From: an uncultured Lentisphaerales bacterium
GTDB taxonomy: Bacteria; Verrucomicrobiota; Lentisphaeria; JABSQK01; UBA12247
Length of the DNA stretch: 64,000 nt
NCBI GenBank assembly: GCA_943788985.1
Contig: CALSSJ010000013.1
Span: 32,001-96,000 of the forward strand
Reading direction: 5' to 3'
Part shown: one piece after another, positions 47,999 to 57,943 of the stretch
Position numbering within the stretch: position 1 is the first letter of the stretch
How the letters are laid out: every line of letters starts with the position of its first letter
Notes under the pieces: generated by a model
What the model was told of the DNA's origin: nothing
Seen by the model: the letters and a program-made list of their open reading frames with translations, nothing else
Databases searched by the model: none
Position numbers and translations under genes: made by a program

Positions 47999-50497
47999 TC
48001 AGAGCTCGCCAGCGTAGCGCTCTTCGAGACTCCCACGAACGTTCACCTGTAGATCCTGAATCTTCCATGCATTGGCCCGTTCCACATCCCGTGGATCGGC
48101 CTTAAGCTTCTGAGTCGCAGACAGCACTAGCTTCAGGCAGCCGTCACTCGCAGCCCCCCAAGCTCCGCCAAGATTACTAAACACGTGCTTGTTACCACCT
48201 CGGCTCGTCGCTTGCAGACGTTTGCCATCCGCGACATCAGGCTCAGCCAGTGCAAGCTCCCAGCGAATATTCGCCCCTCGGTTTGTGGTTGCCAGCGTCA
48301 CCACCACCTCGTCCACGGACAAGTGGCAAAGAAGCGGCGGTAACCAAACCTGGAAAACTCCCTCCAGAACGTCGGCGGTCTGTACTACCTTCGCCCACCC
48401 CTGCGGGCCTCGCAGCAGTCTCGAGCGAAACCCCAAAGGCTCGACGCGCACGAACGCCCCGGGGACGTAAATTTCCCCCGCCGAAGCGGCGAGCGTGGTC
48501 GGCAATAGGCGCAACTGCCTGCCCCCTGCTGAGAATCCCGCGTACACAGAATCCGATGACGTCAGTGGCCGTTCTATTGCCAGAACTGTCGTCGCCCACG
48601 CCTCTGAACATCCCTGAAACAAAGCCCCATCCGCGCTGCCCTTTGCGAACTCCGCAAGCCCCAAGCTGCCGTCAGCAGTCTGCTCCACGCCCATCGCTCT
48701 CGCAGGCGCGATTAAACCCAGTTTTGCGGACTCCGCAACCCCCTCCGGAATTGCGCGTAGGCTGGGAATCGCAGGCCCAAACTGTACGGTGCCTCTCCCG
48801 GGCCCCACCGCCTGCGTGCCGCCGCCCAGGCGGGCCAGTCGCTTCGCTGCCCGAGGCCGCAGTTCGGTCTCTCGCAGCCGCAGTCGTCCGGCGTCGAATG
48901 TGAGAAGCAAAGGATCTCTCAGCCCGATTCCCGTACCTGCCTCGTGTGCTCGAGTTGCCCCAGGTTCTTCTCTCTTCTCCTTGGCATCCTTCTTGCGCTT
49001 CCTCGGTTGCATATTCCGGTTTTTCTTCAGGCGCGTGCTGCGGTCCAGCGGCACCAGAGGACGAAGGCGTTCATCGCAGTTGGCCGCGCTAATATCTACC
49101 GAGGTTGCTTTTTGTACGTAAAGCGAGACGAACGACTCTGTGCACAGCTCCTCAGTCCCGACGTTGCGCAGCTCGATCATGCTTTGCATGCGACGATCCT
49201 GGGCCGCCCCTCGGTTCGCCTCGTCAAAGATCAGCGCCGTCGCTGCTCCCCCCAGTACCACTGCCGACCCCCAGGCCACCGTGCGACGGCTGGTGATCTT
49301 GCCTGCCACCAGAAGCAGCAACAGCGCAACCGCGTAGGCAGCAATCAGCTTGGCAATCGAGTTCGTCGAAGGAATCGCCACACCGGTCATGGCGTCCAAC
49401 GCCTTGTCGAATTTTGGGGCTGGCGCCGACGATAGTGCCGTAGTCTGCCCACCAAACGCCAGTAGATGTCGCCACAGCAGCGTATGCGTCCCTGAGTCAT
49501 TGAGTTCATCGGAACTTGTGTTGATGGCGATTAGCCCAACCACGCCGAGCCCATACCGCTTCCAGCTCACCAGCGGGAAATCCCCGGCGTACAAACTCAC
49601 ATACGCGTCTTCGTCAATCGCGCACTGCGCAAATGGCATCCCTAACGGCCATTCCACCGTCTTGCCTCCCAGATCCGCAAAGCTCAACGCCTCCACCTCT
49701 GTTAACCGAATGGGCGTAACCGGCAAGAGATCCGCCAGCGGGCTATCCAGCGCCTCAACGGCAGTCACTGGATCCGCAAAAATAACACAGCCACCGCGGG
49801 CCACGTACCCGCGAATCGCCTCAATACTGCGCTGGTTCATCTTTTGAAAGTCCGGGGCTAGAAGCACCAGCGCAAAGGCGGAGTCATAGCCACTCCAATG
49901 CACTGGTATCTTGTGTGACTGAACCGCCACAGTCTTTACCTCTCCCCGCTGCCCTTTGGTCAGAGAGCGGAAGCTCATATCCAAGTCGTCACGCAAGATC
50001 CAAATCAGCCGCGTCTCCGCGGGCATCGTCTGGGCAATAATCTCGTCCGCGCCAGCCAGACTGCTACGTACCATCTGTCCGTTCTGGTAGCACGCCGTGC
50101 GGTAGCGGCTGTCCACCGATGCAGTGACTGGAAGCCAAGAATTCAGTCGATGCTGCGGCGGAACCGTAATGGTTTGCTGAAACGTCCCCGCGTAGTTCCG
50201 CGACGCCGGGGTCAAGTTCACATCGAACGTGACCATCTCATCGGACTTATTCTGGGCAGAACAAAGCCAATCGGCCCATGAGTTCGCCTTCAGGCGGGGA
50301 ATCGACTGGCCAAGCTGTATCGCGGTCGCTCTCAGCAGTTCAGCCCTTTCACTGACGATCTTGCCTTGCTGCGGTAAGTCATCTCTGGCCGCAGACGACA
50401 ACGGTAGAAGCGCAAGCAACAACAGACAGCAAACCAGCGGCAAGACTGCCGACGTCATGCCGCTTTGATACTCGCTCAATTGATGGTCGCTACGCAT
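47999..50497 (-). CDS. Large hypothetical membrane protein
   Basis: 832-aa ORF with a signal peptide, a GATase-like segment (YVARGG, LLPV) and two central TMs. Confidence 0.75.
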   Translation of the reverse strand: MRSDHQLSEYQSGMTSAVLPLVCCLLLLALLPLSSAARDDLPQQGKIVSERAELLRATAIQLGQSIPRLKANSWADWLCSAQNKSDEMVTFDVNLTPASRNYAGTFQQTITVPPQHRLNSWLPVTASVDSRYRTACYQNGQMVRSSLAGADEIIAQTMPAETRLIWILRDDLDMSFRSLTKGQRGEVKTVAVQSHKIPVHWSGYDSAFALVLLAPDFQKMNQRSIEAIRGYVARGGCVIFADPVTAVEALDSPLADLLPVTPIRLTEVEALSFADLGGKTVEWPLGMPFAQCAIDEDAYVSLYAGDFPLVSWKRYGLGVVGLIAINTSSDELNDSGTHTLLWRHLLAFGGQTTALSSAPAPKFDKALDAMTGVAIPSTNSIAKLIAAYAVALLLLLVAGKITSRRTVAWGSAVVLGGAATALIFDEANRGAAQDRRMQSMIELRNVGTEELCTESFVSLYVQKATSVDISAANCDERLRPLVPLDRSTRLKKNRNMQPRKRKKDAKEKREEPGATRAHEAGTGIGLRDPLLLTFDAGRLRLRETELRPRAAKRLARLGGGTQAVGPGRGTVQFGPAIPSLRAIPEGVAESAKLGLIAPARAMGVEQTADGSLGLAEFAKGSADGALFQGCSEAWATTVLAIERPLTSSDSVYAGFSAGGRQLRLLPTTLAASAGEIYVPGAFVRVEPLGFRSRLLRGPQGWAKVVQTADVLEGVFQVWLPPLLCHLSVDEVVVTLATTNRGANIRWELALAEPDVADGKRLQATSRGGNKHVFSNLGGAWGAASDGCLKLVLSATQKLKADPRDVERANAWKIQDLQVNVRGSLEERYAGEL

Positions 50498-50869
50498 GCT
50501 TTCGCATTCCCAGGCAGATGAATGTCACAAGTCCATGCGAGCAATTTTCCTCTATGGCAAAGCAGCGCCACGCACGACGCTAGGACAGTAGCAGTACGCG
50601 CACGCTCGTCTACGGGCTATCAGCGGGTCCCTCCCCTGCCTGCTACAGTAAACCCTTGACTATTGCCAGCAGCCATCAATCATCGAGCGTTCCGTTCTCA
50701 CATCTGGACTTGGGTGCGAACTACGCAACCACGCTGGCGCTGTCACAACAATCTGGAATGGCAGTGGTGGCACGGACACCTTGGAAGACAGCATGGGGAC
50801 CGATACAATTATCGTAACTGGCTTAGGCTGAAGCACGGTCGGCAGCTTTTCCTTCACCGGCGTTGAACC

Positions 50870-51079
50870 GATCAAATGCTGGCTTAAACTCGTAAATCCT
50901 TGAAGGTCGACGGCCAAGTCGTGCTCGTCGAGTTTCGCACCGAAGACCCCGAGGTGCCGATCAAACCCGATCACAAGATGTCCAGCGACCAAGTGCTCAA
51001 GTCAAACAGCTTTGAACTCGCTCGCTCGTTCGACAAACTCCTCTGGCAACACATGATGTTTTTCACGAAAACGAAATAG
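50870..51079 (+). pseudogene. Class I SAM methyltransferase 3' fragment
   Basis: SLKVDGQVVLVEFRTEDPEVPIKPDHKMS...FDKLLWQHMMFF, preceded by an in-frame stop. Confidence 0.65.
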
Positions 51080-51210
51080 GGGTCACCGCGTTTCAATTTG
51101 GGACCGCCGTTGTCTCTGCGAAAAGACCCGTCAATTTTATCGACATCACTGATTGCATTTTTGGTGTTATCGCGTGGCGTCCTCCTGTTAACCGGAGATT
51201 AATAAAGGAA

Positions 51211-52233
51211 ATGGCACAGTGGCTTGAGCGTGGCAGACGCAAGCCACTGGTGCTTCGGGGCGCCAGCCAGGTGGGAAAAACCTGGCCCGTTCGCGAACTG
51301 GCTCGACGTGCGGGCTTAGAATTGGTTGAACTGAATTTCGAAGAGCAACTGGTGTCGTTCCTATCGACAGCAACCACGGAACAACCGTCGGTCCCTGTGC
51401 ATGACAAACTCATGCGATTGTATCGGGAGTATACCGTTGTCGGTGGCATGCCAGATGCGGTCATGGAGTGGCTTGATACGCACTCGGCCGTGGCCGTGGC
51501 CGTGGCCGACGTCCACCAAAACTTGATTCGGACCTATCGCGAGGACTTTAACAAATACCCCTCGCGATTGGAATTTGGAGCGATCGAGAAGGTCATGGCA
51601 GCAGTGCCGCAACTGCTTGGGCAGAAGTTCAAGTACAGCAACGTCGATCGCGAGTCGAGAGTTGAGCCCCTACGGCGAAGCCTTGAACTGCTGACAACAG
51701 CACGTGTGTGCCACACCATTCGACACACGAGCGGCAACGGCATTCCATTGGCCGCAGAAGAAAGCCAGCGAATCTTCAAGACCATCTTGCTCGGTGTCGT
51801 TCTCGTATCATCCATGCAGGGGATTGTGTTGGAAAACGATGCAGAGATTGCTCGGCTCATTCGTGCGAAAGCCGGTGGGATTGCTGAATAGGCCGGAGGG
51901 CAGATGCTGCGCGCTGCAGTCGAATCCTTCGTTGATCCAGCCGTGTATTACAATCGCCGCGAGAAAAAGGGATCCGAGGCCGAGTTAGGCTATTTCCTGG
52001 CACATGGCTCGCGCGTCGTTCCGCTCGAGGTAACGGCAGGTGCGACCGGCAGCCTGAAGGCATTGCACCATTTCATGCATCGTCGACAATTGCTACTGGC
52101 GGTACGAATCAACGCCGATCCCATTTCTGCTACCCCCCGTCGAGATGCGCCTCAATGGCGGCGATATGGCTCGGTATACGCTGCTCTCAATTCCATTCTA
52201 TCTCACCGGGCAAGTCAGGCACCTGCTGCCTGA
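51211..52233 (+). pseudogene. AAA_14 ATPase/DUF4143 gene relic
   Basis: RKPLVLRGASQVGKT jumps to Y..VGGMP (Walker B region deleted); TAG at 51889 where AEQ is expected; degenerate E-x-K nuclease motif (PLEVTAG). Confidence 0.8.
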
Positions 52234-52275
52234 GCTCTAACGCGACCTTGACCCGGCCGAATTTTCTCCAAGAGC

Positions 52276-55200
52276 CTACTGATACACGAACCAGGCTGTA
52301 GCAGTCACGTCTTTGTCGGCGGTCACGCGTACCCAATGGGCCGCGTAGCCTTCTGGGAATTTGTGGGTCAGCGTTCTGCCAGCTTCGACCTGAAAGGTCT
52401 GGTACGTGTGGAAACCAGTCCAATGGTCGATGTCCACCGCAACGGTAATGGCACAGTCCTGATTCGCACTCAGTTCCAGGGTCTTCTGGTCGTACCCGGT
52501 CATCAGATAAGGATCGGAAGGAACGCCAGCCGTGACCGCGGTATCCTTCCAGGGTCCGCCGACGCCGACTGGCTTACCCAACTTCCACAGATCGTCGATG
52601 CCTCCCAACCAAAGGGATGTGCCGCCGTCTGCAGATTTGTAGACATGGTTGGACTCTTGCGCATCCGCCTTTAGCCCTGCCAGAACCAGCAGGCCATTCC
52701 AGGTAGTGAAGTCGCTGATCTGTTTGTTGTGCGAGCAGACAGGGCGCATCTTGGTGTACAGAGCGGGCTGCCCCACGATCCAGAATGGAACTTCGTAGAA
52801 TGTGCCGTGAATGTTGGCCATCATCCGCTCGGACTCGATTTCCCGGTGCATACGCGGATGCCCAAACTCGAACGGCCGATCGTAGCGATCTGACCCTTTG
52901 GGCAGGCGCAGCACGGTGCGATTGCCCTTCTTGCCGACAATGGCCCGGTTTTCGTGGCTGATCAGGATCACAGAGGCGTCGTCCACCTCGAACTCTGGCC
53001 GAACCGTCAGCTTCTTCTTCAGGCCTGCGTCAGCGTGAGTTGCCTGAAAGTCGAAGCCAAACTTGGTAAAGTCATACCACGAATCGCCATTGATCACACG
53101 CAGGTGGCGATTGCGTTTCGCAGGGAACAGCAGAGCACTGGTCACCGTTTGATCGTCGAGCTCGGCGACAGCCTGAAATAGCTCGGCACCGGCAGCAGCA
53201 TTTTGGTAGGTGTCGTCCGTAAGGTGGAACGAGACGGTAGCGTTGCAATCCCGGTTTGCCGTGACCCGAATCCACTGCGCAGCGAAATCCTCGGGTAATA
53301 GGTGCGCGCGGTAGCCATCGACCTCGAAGGTTTTGTAGTCGCTGAAGCTCCCGTCCCCGTTCTTGTCAATCTGCAGCGTGTAGCTGACGGGCCGGTCGGC
53401 CGCCAGGTGAACGACGCAACGCGGAAAGCCATTCATCAGAAATGGAGCGGATGCAACTCCAGCTCCGATCGGGTCATTCATGTAGATGGAACCAGCGCCG
53501 TTACGCGGTCCCCACTGCTTCAGGTCCTCGAACTTGCCGAACCACAGATTTGACTGGGGCTGCCCGACCAGCGGATTGCCCTGAATGCTGGCTTCGTCCG
53601 TTGCCAGTACCAGTTGTCCGTTCCAAGAGCAGAAGTCGGGGATGTAGCGGATGTGGCTGGCAATCGGCTCGATTCCAGCGCAGTTGCCTGCGGTGAAGCG
53701 TTTCGGGAATGCAAAAAACAGACCGTGCATATCCATCATCAGGGCATCTTGGCCGATGTCACGGATGCGCGGCCACTCGGTGAACCAGCCGTGCTCTGCA
53801 TCGTTATTGAGGCAGCCTTTGGGCAGCAGAAAGGTGGTAAAGGCCCCATCCTCCATGACCTGCAAGCGCAGGGAACGCTTATCCCAGCCGATGGCCCAGA
53901 CTGGATCGTTCTTGCCCTCGGCAGTCGGTGCCACCCCCTGCGGCCCGGTGACCTCCGTATACTGCCGCCGTTCGATCACCTCCCAAGTTGAACCGTCGAA
54001 GGTGGCCAGGCAACCGCGGTCCTCCGGACCTTTCTTCTTGTACGAAGCGGGCACCTGCCAGAGCCCCCGGTGATCCAGCTTCCCGCCGGTTTCCCCGTTG
54101 TTGCTAACCACGACTTTGCCTTGGGCCGTGAAGCCGCCTTTTCCATGATAGCCGGGGATTGGGTCTTCGAAGAGGCGCGTGAATTCAAGGCTGTGCACAT
54201 TCACCTCATAGAACATATTCTCCATATCATAGAGATAGACGTAGTTGGCTGGATCGACCAGGTGCCGCATGATCGCAGTTACTCGTGCTGGCATCTTTTT
54301 CGGATCAATGACCCGAATCTTCCCCTGCTTATCAATCGCATAATGCGCGATAAAGAGTTGCTCGGATTCCTCGTGGATCATCCGGGCGGCAGGCGTCCCA
54401 CCCACGCTCTCTGCGTGAATGGTCATGGTCAACTCGGCATCGATCGAGTAAAGCTTGTGGTCTGATCCCAGCGGTTGATGCGGCGCGTAGGTAATCATCC
54501 ACAGCTTGTCCGCCCACGGTATGATTCCGCCGATCCCGCACTCTTGGTGAGCCTTCTTGAAGAAACGCCCGTCTTTACGGCTTTGGGAATAGGTCGTGAA
54601 ATGCGGATAGACGCCGCTGATCAAGCGAGTACCGCTCGCGGAGACCATCTGAGCTTCATTCTTCACCGGGGCAAACCTAACTTCGCTGCCCCCTCGGCCC
54701 AGCGAAGATTCGTAGGTTTCATGATTCGGACGTTCCGGCATTGCAGCGGGCGGCTCAGGGACCAGAGCCGCATCCTCACTGACGCCGGTTCCGAGCCTCG
54801 GCAATTCAGTGCCTGCAGGCCATACCACCAACTCACGAACGCGGATCTGATCTGCTGACGACACCAGACGCAGGGCATCGGTGGTGACCACCTCGCCAAA
54901 CGCGATGGCCAGGCGCATCTGCGTGTTGTCTGAAACCGCGCCCCCGGGCACTTTTTGCCAGGCTCCGGCTTTGCGATACTCGAGTTCGAGTGCTGAGATC
55001 GCCTGGCCCGCCCGCCATCCTGAGTAGAGGTGCACGCCGGCAATGCCTACGGGCTTGCCAAACTCCGCGATCAGCCAATGCGGCTGGTCACTCTTGGCAC
55101 TCACCCACCGGGACCTATCACTGACCTGCCCGTCGACCGCGTTCCCGGCCGTGTAGCCCGCCAGCACCGACGATGCTGCCACCGATTTCACGAACACGGC

Positions 55201-55293
55201 CTCCACCGGCGTGCTACAAACGCTGACCGCCTGAAGTGCCAGGCACAGGGCTGCAGCCGAAGCCGCAAAAGATGGAAAAAGGCGGGGATTCAT
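52276..55293 (-). CDS. Large secreted protein: discoidin/F5-8C-like domain plus an uncharacterised, internally duplicated beta-rich body
   Basis: Signal peptide; AVDG...SRWVS...HWL discoidin-like domain; two homologous C-terminal modules. Confidence 0.85.
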   Translation of the reverse strand: MNPRLFPSFAASAAALCLALQAVSVCSTPVEAVFVKSVAASSVLAGYTAGNAVDGQVSDRSRWVSAKSDQPHWLIAEFGKPVGIAGVHLYSGWRAGQAISALELEYRKAGAWQKVPGGAVSDNTQMRLAIAFGEVVTTDALRLVSSADQIRVRELVVWPAGTELPRLGTGVSEDAALVPEPPAAMPERPNHETYESSLGRGGSEVRFAPVKNEAQMVSASGTRLISGVYPHFTTYSQSRKDGRFFKKAHQECGIGGIIPWADKLWMITYAPHQPLGSDHKLYSIDAELTMTIHAESVGGTPAARMIHEESEQLFIAHYAIDKQGKIRVIDPKKMPARVTAIMRHLVDPANYVYLYDMENMFYEVNVHSLEFTRLFEDPIPGYHGKGGFTAQGKVVVSNNGETGGKLDHRGLWQVPASYKKKGPEDRGCLATFDGSTWEVIERRQYTEVTGPQGVAPTAEGKNDPVWAIGWDKRSLRLQVMEDGAFTTFLLPKGCLNNDAEHGWFTEWPRIRDIGQDALMMDMHGLFFAFPKRFTAGNCAGIEPIASHIRYIPDFCSWNGQLVLATDEASIQGNPLVGQPQSNLWFGKFEDLKQWGPRNGAGSIYMNDPIGAGVASAPFLMNGFPRCVVHLAADRPVSYTLQIDKNGDGSFSDYKTFEVDGYRAHLLPEDFAAQWIRVTANRDCNATVSFHLTDDTYQNAAAGAELFQAVAELDDQTVTSALLFPAKRNRHLRVINGDSWYDFTKFGFDFQATHADAGLKKKLTVRPEFEVDDASVILISHENRAIVGKKGNRTVLRLPKGSDRYDRPFEFGHPRMHREIESERMMANIHGTFYEVPFWIVGQPALYTKMRPVCSHNKQISDFTTWNGLLVLAGLKADAQESNHVYKSADGGTSLWLGGIDDLWKLGKPVGVGGPWKDTAVTAGVPSDPYLMTGYDQKTLELSANQDCAITVAVDIDHWTGFHTYQTFQVEAGRTLTHKFPEGYAAHWVRVTADKDVTATAWFVYQ

Positions 55294-55382
55294 GAGACTC
55301 CCTTCTGGGTGCTTAACAGGGACCACACAGAAAACTACCGTCGCGAGCGTCCCAGTACAAACCGGCACACTTACTCGTTTCC

Positions 55383-55407
55383 CTCAATCTGCTTATAGAT
55401 TTTCATC
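55383..55407 (-). promoter_or_regulatory. Putative AraC operator, copy 1
   Basis: GATGAAAATCTATAAGCAGATTGAG, about 90 nt upstream of ATG 55293. Confidence 0.6.
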
Positions 55408-55523
55408 ATAGGAACCGTCAAGGTGCGGCATCCGGAAAAAAGACGATTCAGGGCGAAAGATTATGGTGAGAGATTAAGGTGAAACAATCTGGGACACTGC
55501 TTTTCGGCCCTAGCCCTCTCCGC

Positions 55524-56405
55524 CTACCCCGGCATCTTGTCGCGTATATACTCCCGCGGCGACTGCTCGGAGAGCTTCTTGAACCACTTGGAAAAATGCG
55601 ATAAGTAGGAAAATCCGAGTTCGATCGCAACTTCATTGGCCCGAACGTCGGGCATCCGCAGACGCCGGTAGGCATAGTCGATTCGACGGTTTTCAAAGTA
55701 CTGCCTGGGTGTGGTCTGGAGGTCGTGATGGCAGAGCCGCGTGAGGTGCACCAAGCTCAGGCCGACTTGGCGGGCCAGCGCTTCCTGGTTCAGCGGCTCC
55801 CCCAGCGGATGGCTGTCGAGCAGATTCACGGCCTTCATCACGCGCTCGTCAATGTTCGTCCGGCCCCCCGGGGTGATGCCATGGGCGATCAGGATTTCTA
55901 CCAGGATCAGAAACCAGTCGTTCAGACTGCGCTCGAGTTGCAGAAACTGGCGGTAGTCGACTGGATGCTTCCGGGCGTCCCATTGGTCGTCTGGGACGTG
56001 GCTCATTATTCGCGCCATCGGCTTGGCCTTGCATTCCAGGGCCGGATGTTCATGGGCGTCGATCACTAAGGGCAGGCCTTTGTCCAGCCAGTGGGTCCCA
56101 TCGGGCCAGGCTGCTTCGAAGGAGACCGACAGCAGATGGCTGTCGACGGCAAAGGACTGCGAGCGTTGCCCGGGCTTGACGATTAACCATTGCCCGGGAT
56201 TTGCCCGGAAGACCTGGTCGCCATAGGTCACCTGAGCCCAGCCGGAGCGGACCAGCCAGGCACCGTTATTCCCGTACTCGCTGCTGCGATGGACCGGGCC
56301 CTGCTCTCGGTCGCAGAAAATGGCATGATCATAGCACCAGAGCAAATGCGCCCGTAAGTTCAGCCAGTCGCGATACAGGATGTGCTTGGTCCTTGCCAGT
56401 GTCAT
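55524..56405 (-). CDS. AraC family transcriptional regulator
   Basis: Cupin-like N-domain; LARQVGLSLVHLTRL, EVAIELGFSYLSHFSKWFKK and SPREY. Confidence 0.95.
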   Translation of the reverse strand: MTLARTKHILYRDWLNLRAHLLWCYDHAIFCDREQGPVHRSSEYGNNGAWLVRSGWAQVTYGDQVFRANPGQWLIVKPGQRSQSFAVDSHLLSVSFEAAWPDGTHWLDKGLPLVIDAHEHPALECKAKPMARIMSHVPDDQWDARKHPVDYRQFLQLERSLNDWFLILVEILIAHGITPGGRTNIDERVMKAVNLLDSHPLGEPLNQEALARQVGLSLVHLTRLCHHDLQTTPRQYFENRRIDYAYRRLRMPDVRANEVAIELGFSYLSHFSKWFKKLSEQSPREYIRDKMPG

Positions 56406-56445
56406 GAGGCAGATTCCTGGTCTTCAGGGTTCGGGGCTGGACATG

Positions 56446-56469
56446 GATGAAAAAGTATAAGCTTTTGAG
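56446..56469 (+). promoter_or_regulatory. Putative AraC operator, copy 2
   Basis: GATGAAAAAGTATAAGCTTTTGAG, about 93 nt upstream of ATG 56562; 15 of 17 positions identical to copy 1 over the core. Confidence 0.6.
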
Positions 56470-56561
56470 AAGAAGATGCAAATGTAGCCGTTTGTCCCAG
56501 CCGGGTCATCAGAGTAGTTTTTACTGCATGATCTCAACGCAGCTTACTCTGGATACATCTC

Positions 56562-57920
56562 ATGAAGAAGTGCTTCTTCCAAAATTCCGCCGCGGCGGTC
56601 GCCACACTTTGCCTGGTGTTCCACGCAACCATCCTATCGGCAGTCCCGGTGGCATTGAATTCAGAGAAGGAATCTTTTATTCGCCAAAGCCAGGCCACGA
56701 CCAATCAGGGGCAAGCTCGCCTGCTCTTCGGTGGCCAAGGCACAAGCGCGCAGTTTCGAACGATGATGCAATTCTCGCTGGATGACCTAGTGGCCGCCAC
56801 TGGCGGCGGAAATGTGATCATCAATTCTGTCTCGCTGGATACCGGCGATTCTTTTGTAAAGTCTGGAACGTTTGGTGGAGACGCCACCTATGATGCCTAC
56901 TCTTGGTCTGTCAATGACTTCGATGTCGCGGACAACACCTGGAACGATCCGCAGGGTAGTCTCGGCACAGACGGTCCTGGGGCGACCCTCGGGACCAAAC
57001 TGGCAAGTGAGGTCTTTGGTGCCGGCACTCCTGAGGGTGATTTCGTCTTTCCCTCGGCAGCGCCCTTCATCGCCTTCGTCCAGGGAGCCTATGACAGCTA
57101 CACAGCAGGCGACAAACTGAACCTGCTTCTGGTCATTGAGAACACCGCCCTAAACCACTTTGCGCGCACTGATTCTGGCGCCGTAACCGGCATTGGCACA
57201 GCTGCTCTCACCATTGACTTTTCTGTTGATGCCAGAGCCGTTCTCGTCACAGAAAATTTTCAAGACGCCTTGACCGGCACATCTGCCGAAACCTTTCACG
57301 CGGATGTCACTGCCGCCGGTGGATCTGCCAGCTGGGGAGCATCCAGCCGCTTCACAGCGAACGGTGTCGTCGACGGTGCGGTCGGAACTGGCGATCGCTG
57401 TGGCTATCTCAATCTCGGTTCCTACATCAATGATACGAAAGGACGGGGCGATGGTCTGTTTGAGCTGACGATGACGATCTCGGAGGTAGGCGGGAATGCC
57501 GCCGGAGACCTGATCGCGCTTGGGTTCTCGGCGAAAAGTACCGCACCTAATATCGGCGGTGACTTTGTCAATCAGACCGGGATTGGCACCATTGCCTATC
57601 GTCAGAGTGGCGAACTCGACATGTGGGGCGGGAGCGGGGTCGCTAACGGAGTTGACGGGCCTAATGGCAACAGTGGGCCCCGGGTACTGACGGCGGCTCT
57701 GGATCTCACCCCAGCAGGCGGGTATGACGGGGCGACTAATTTTGGGACGGTCAGTTGGTCAGACGGTGCTCTAGGAGCACTTGGGACTCACACCTTTACC
57801 GCCGCTACGGACTTTAATTGGATCTTGCTTTCATCCAGGAGCGATGCGTCCGGTACGATCAGTAGCTTGTCCCTGAAGCAGCAAGCCTTTATCCCGGGCG
57901 CAATTATTCTTGTCAGGTAA
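56562..57920 (+). CDS. Secreted Gly/Thr/Asp-rich beta protein with C-terminal FIPGAIILVR
   Basis: Signal peptide; beta-sandwich-like composition; first gene of the operon. Confidence 0.8.
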   Translation: MKKCFFQNSAAAVATLCLVFHATILSAVPVALNSEKESFIRQSQATTNQGQARLLFGGQGTSAQFRTMMQFSLDDLVAATGGGNVIINSVSLDTGDSFVKSGTFGGDATYDAYSWSVNDFDVADNTWNDPQGSLGTDGPGATLGTKLASEVFGAGTPEGDFVFPSAAPFIAFVQGAYDSYTAGDKLNLLLVIENTALNHFARTDSGAVTGIGTAALTIDFSVDARAVLVTENFQDALTGTSAETFHADVTAAGGSASWGASSRFTANGVVDGAVGTGDRCGYLNLGSYINDTKGRGDGLFELTMTISEVGGNAAGDLIALGFSAKSTAPNIGGDFVNQTGIGTIAYRQSGELDMWGGSGVANGVDGPNGNSGPRVLTAALDLTPAGGYDGATNFGTVSWSDGALGALGTHTFTAATDFNWILLSSRSDASGTISSLSLKQQAFIPGAIILVR

Positions 57921-57943
57921 CGCACTGTCACACGGAGGCGCTG

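Noticed and set aside
50660..50866. Fragment of a large repetitive secreted protein (NGSGGTDTL...FTGVE)
   Set aside because: Too short and interrupted by a stop to support a call.
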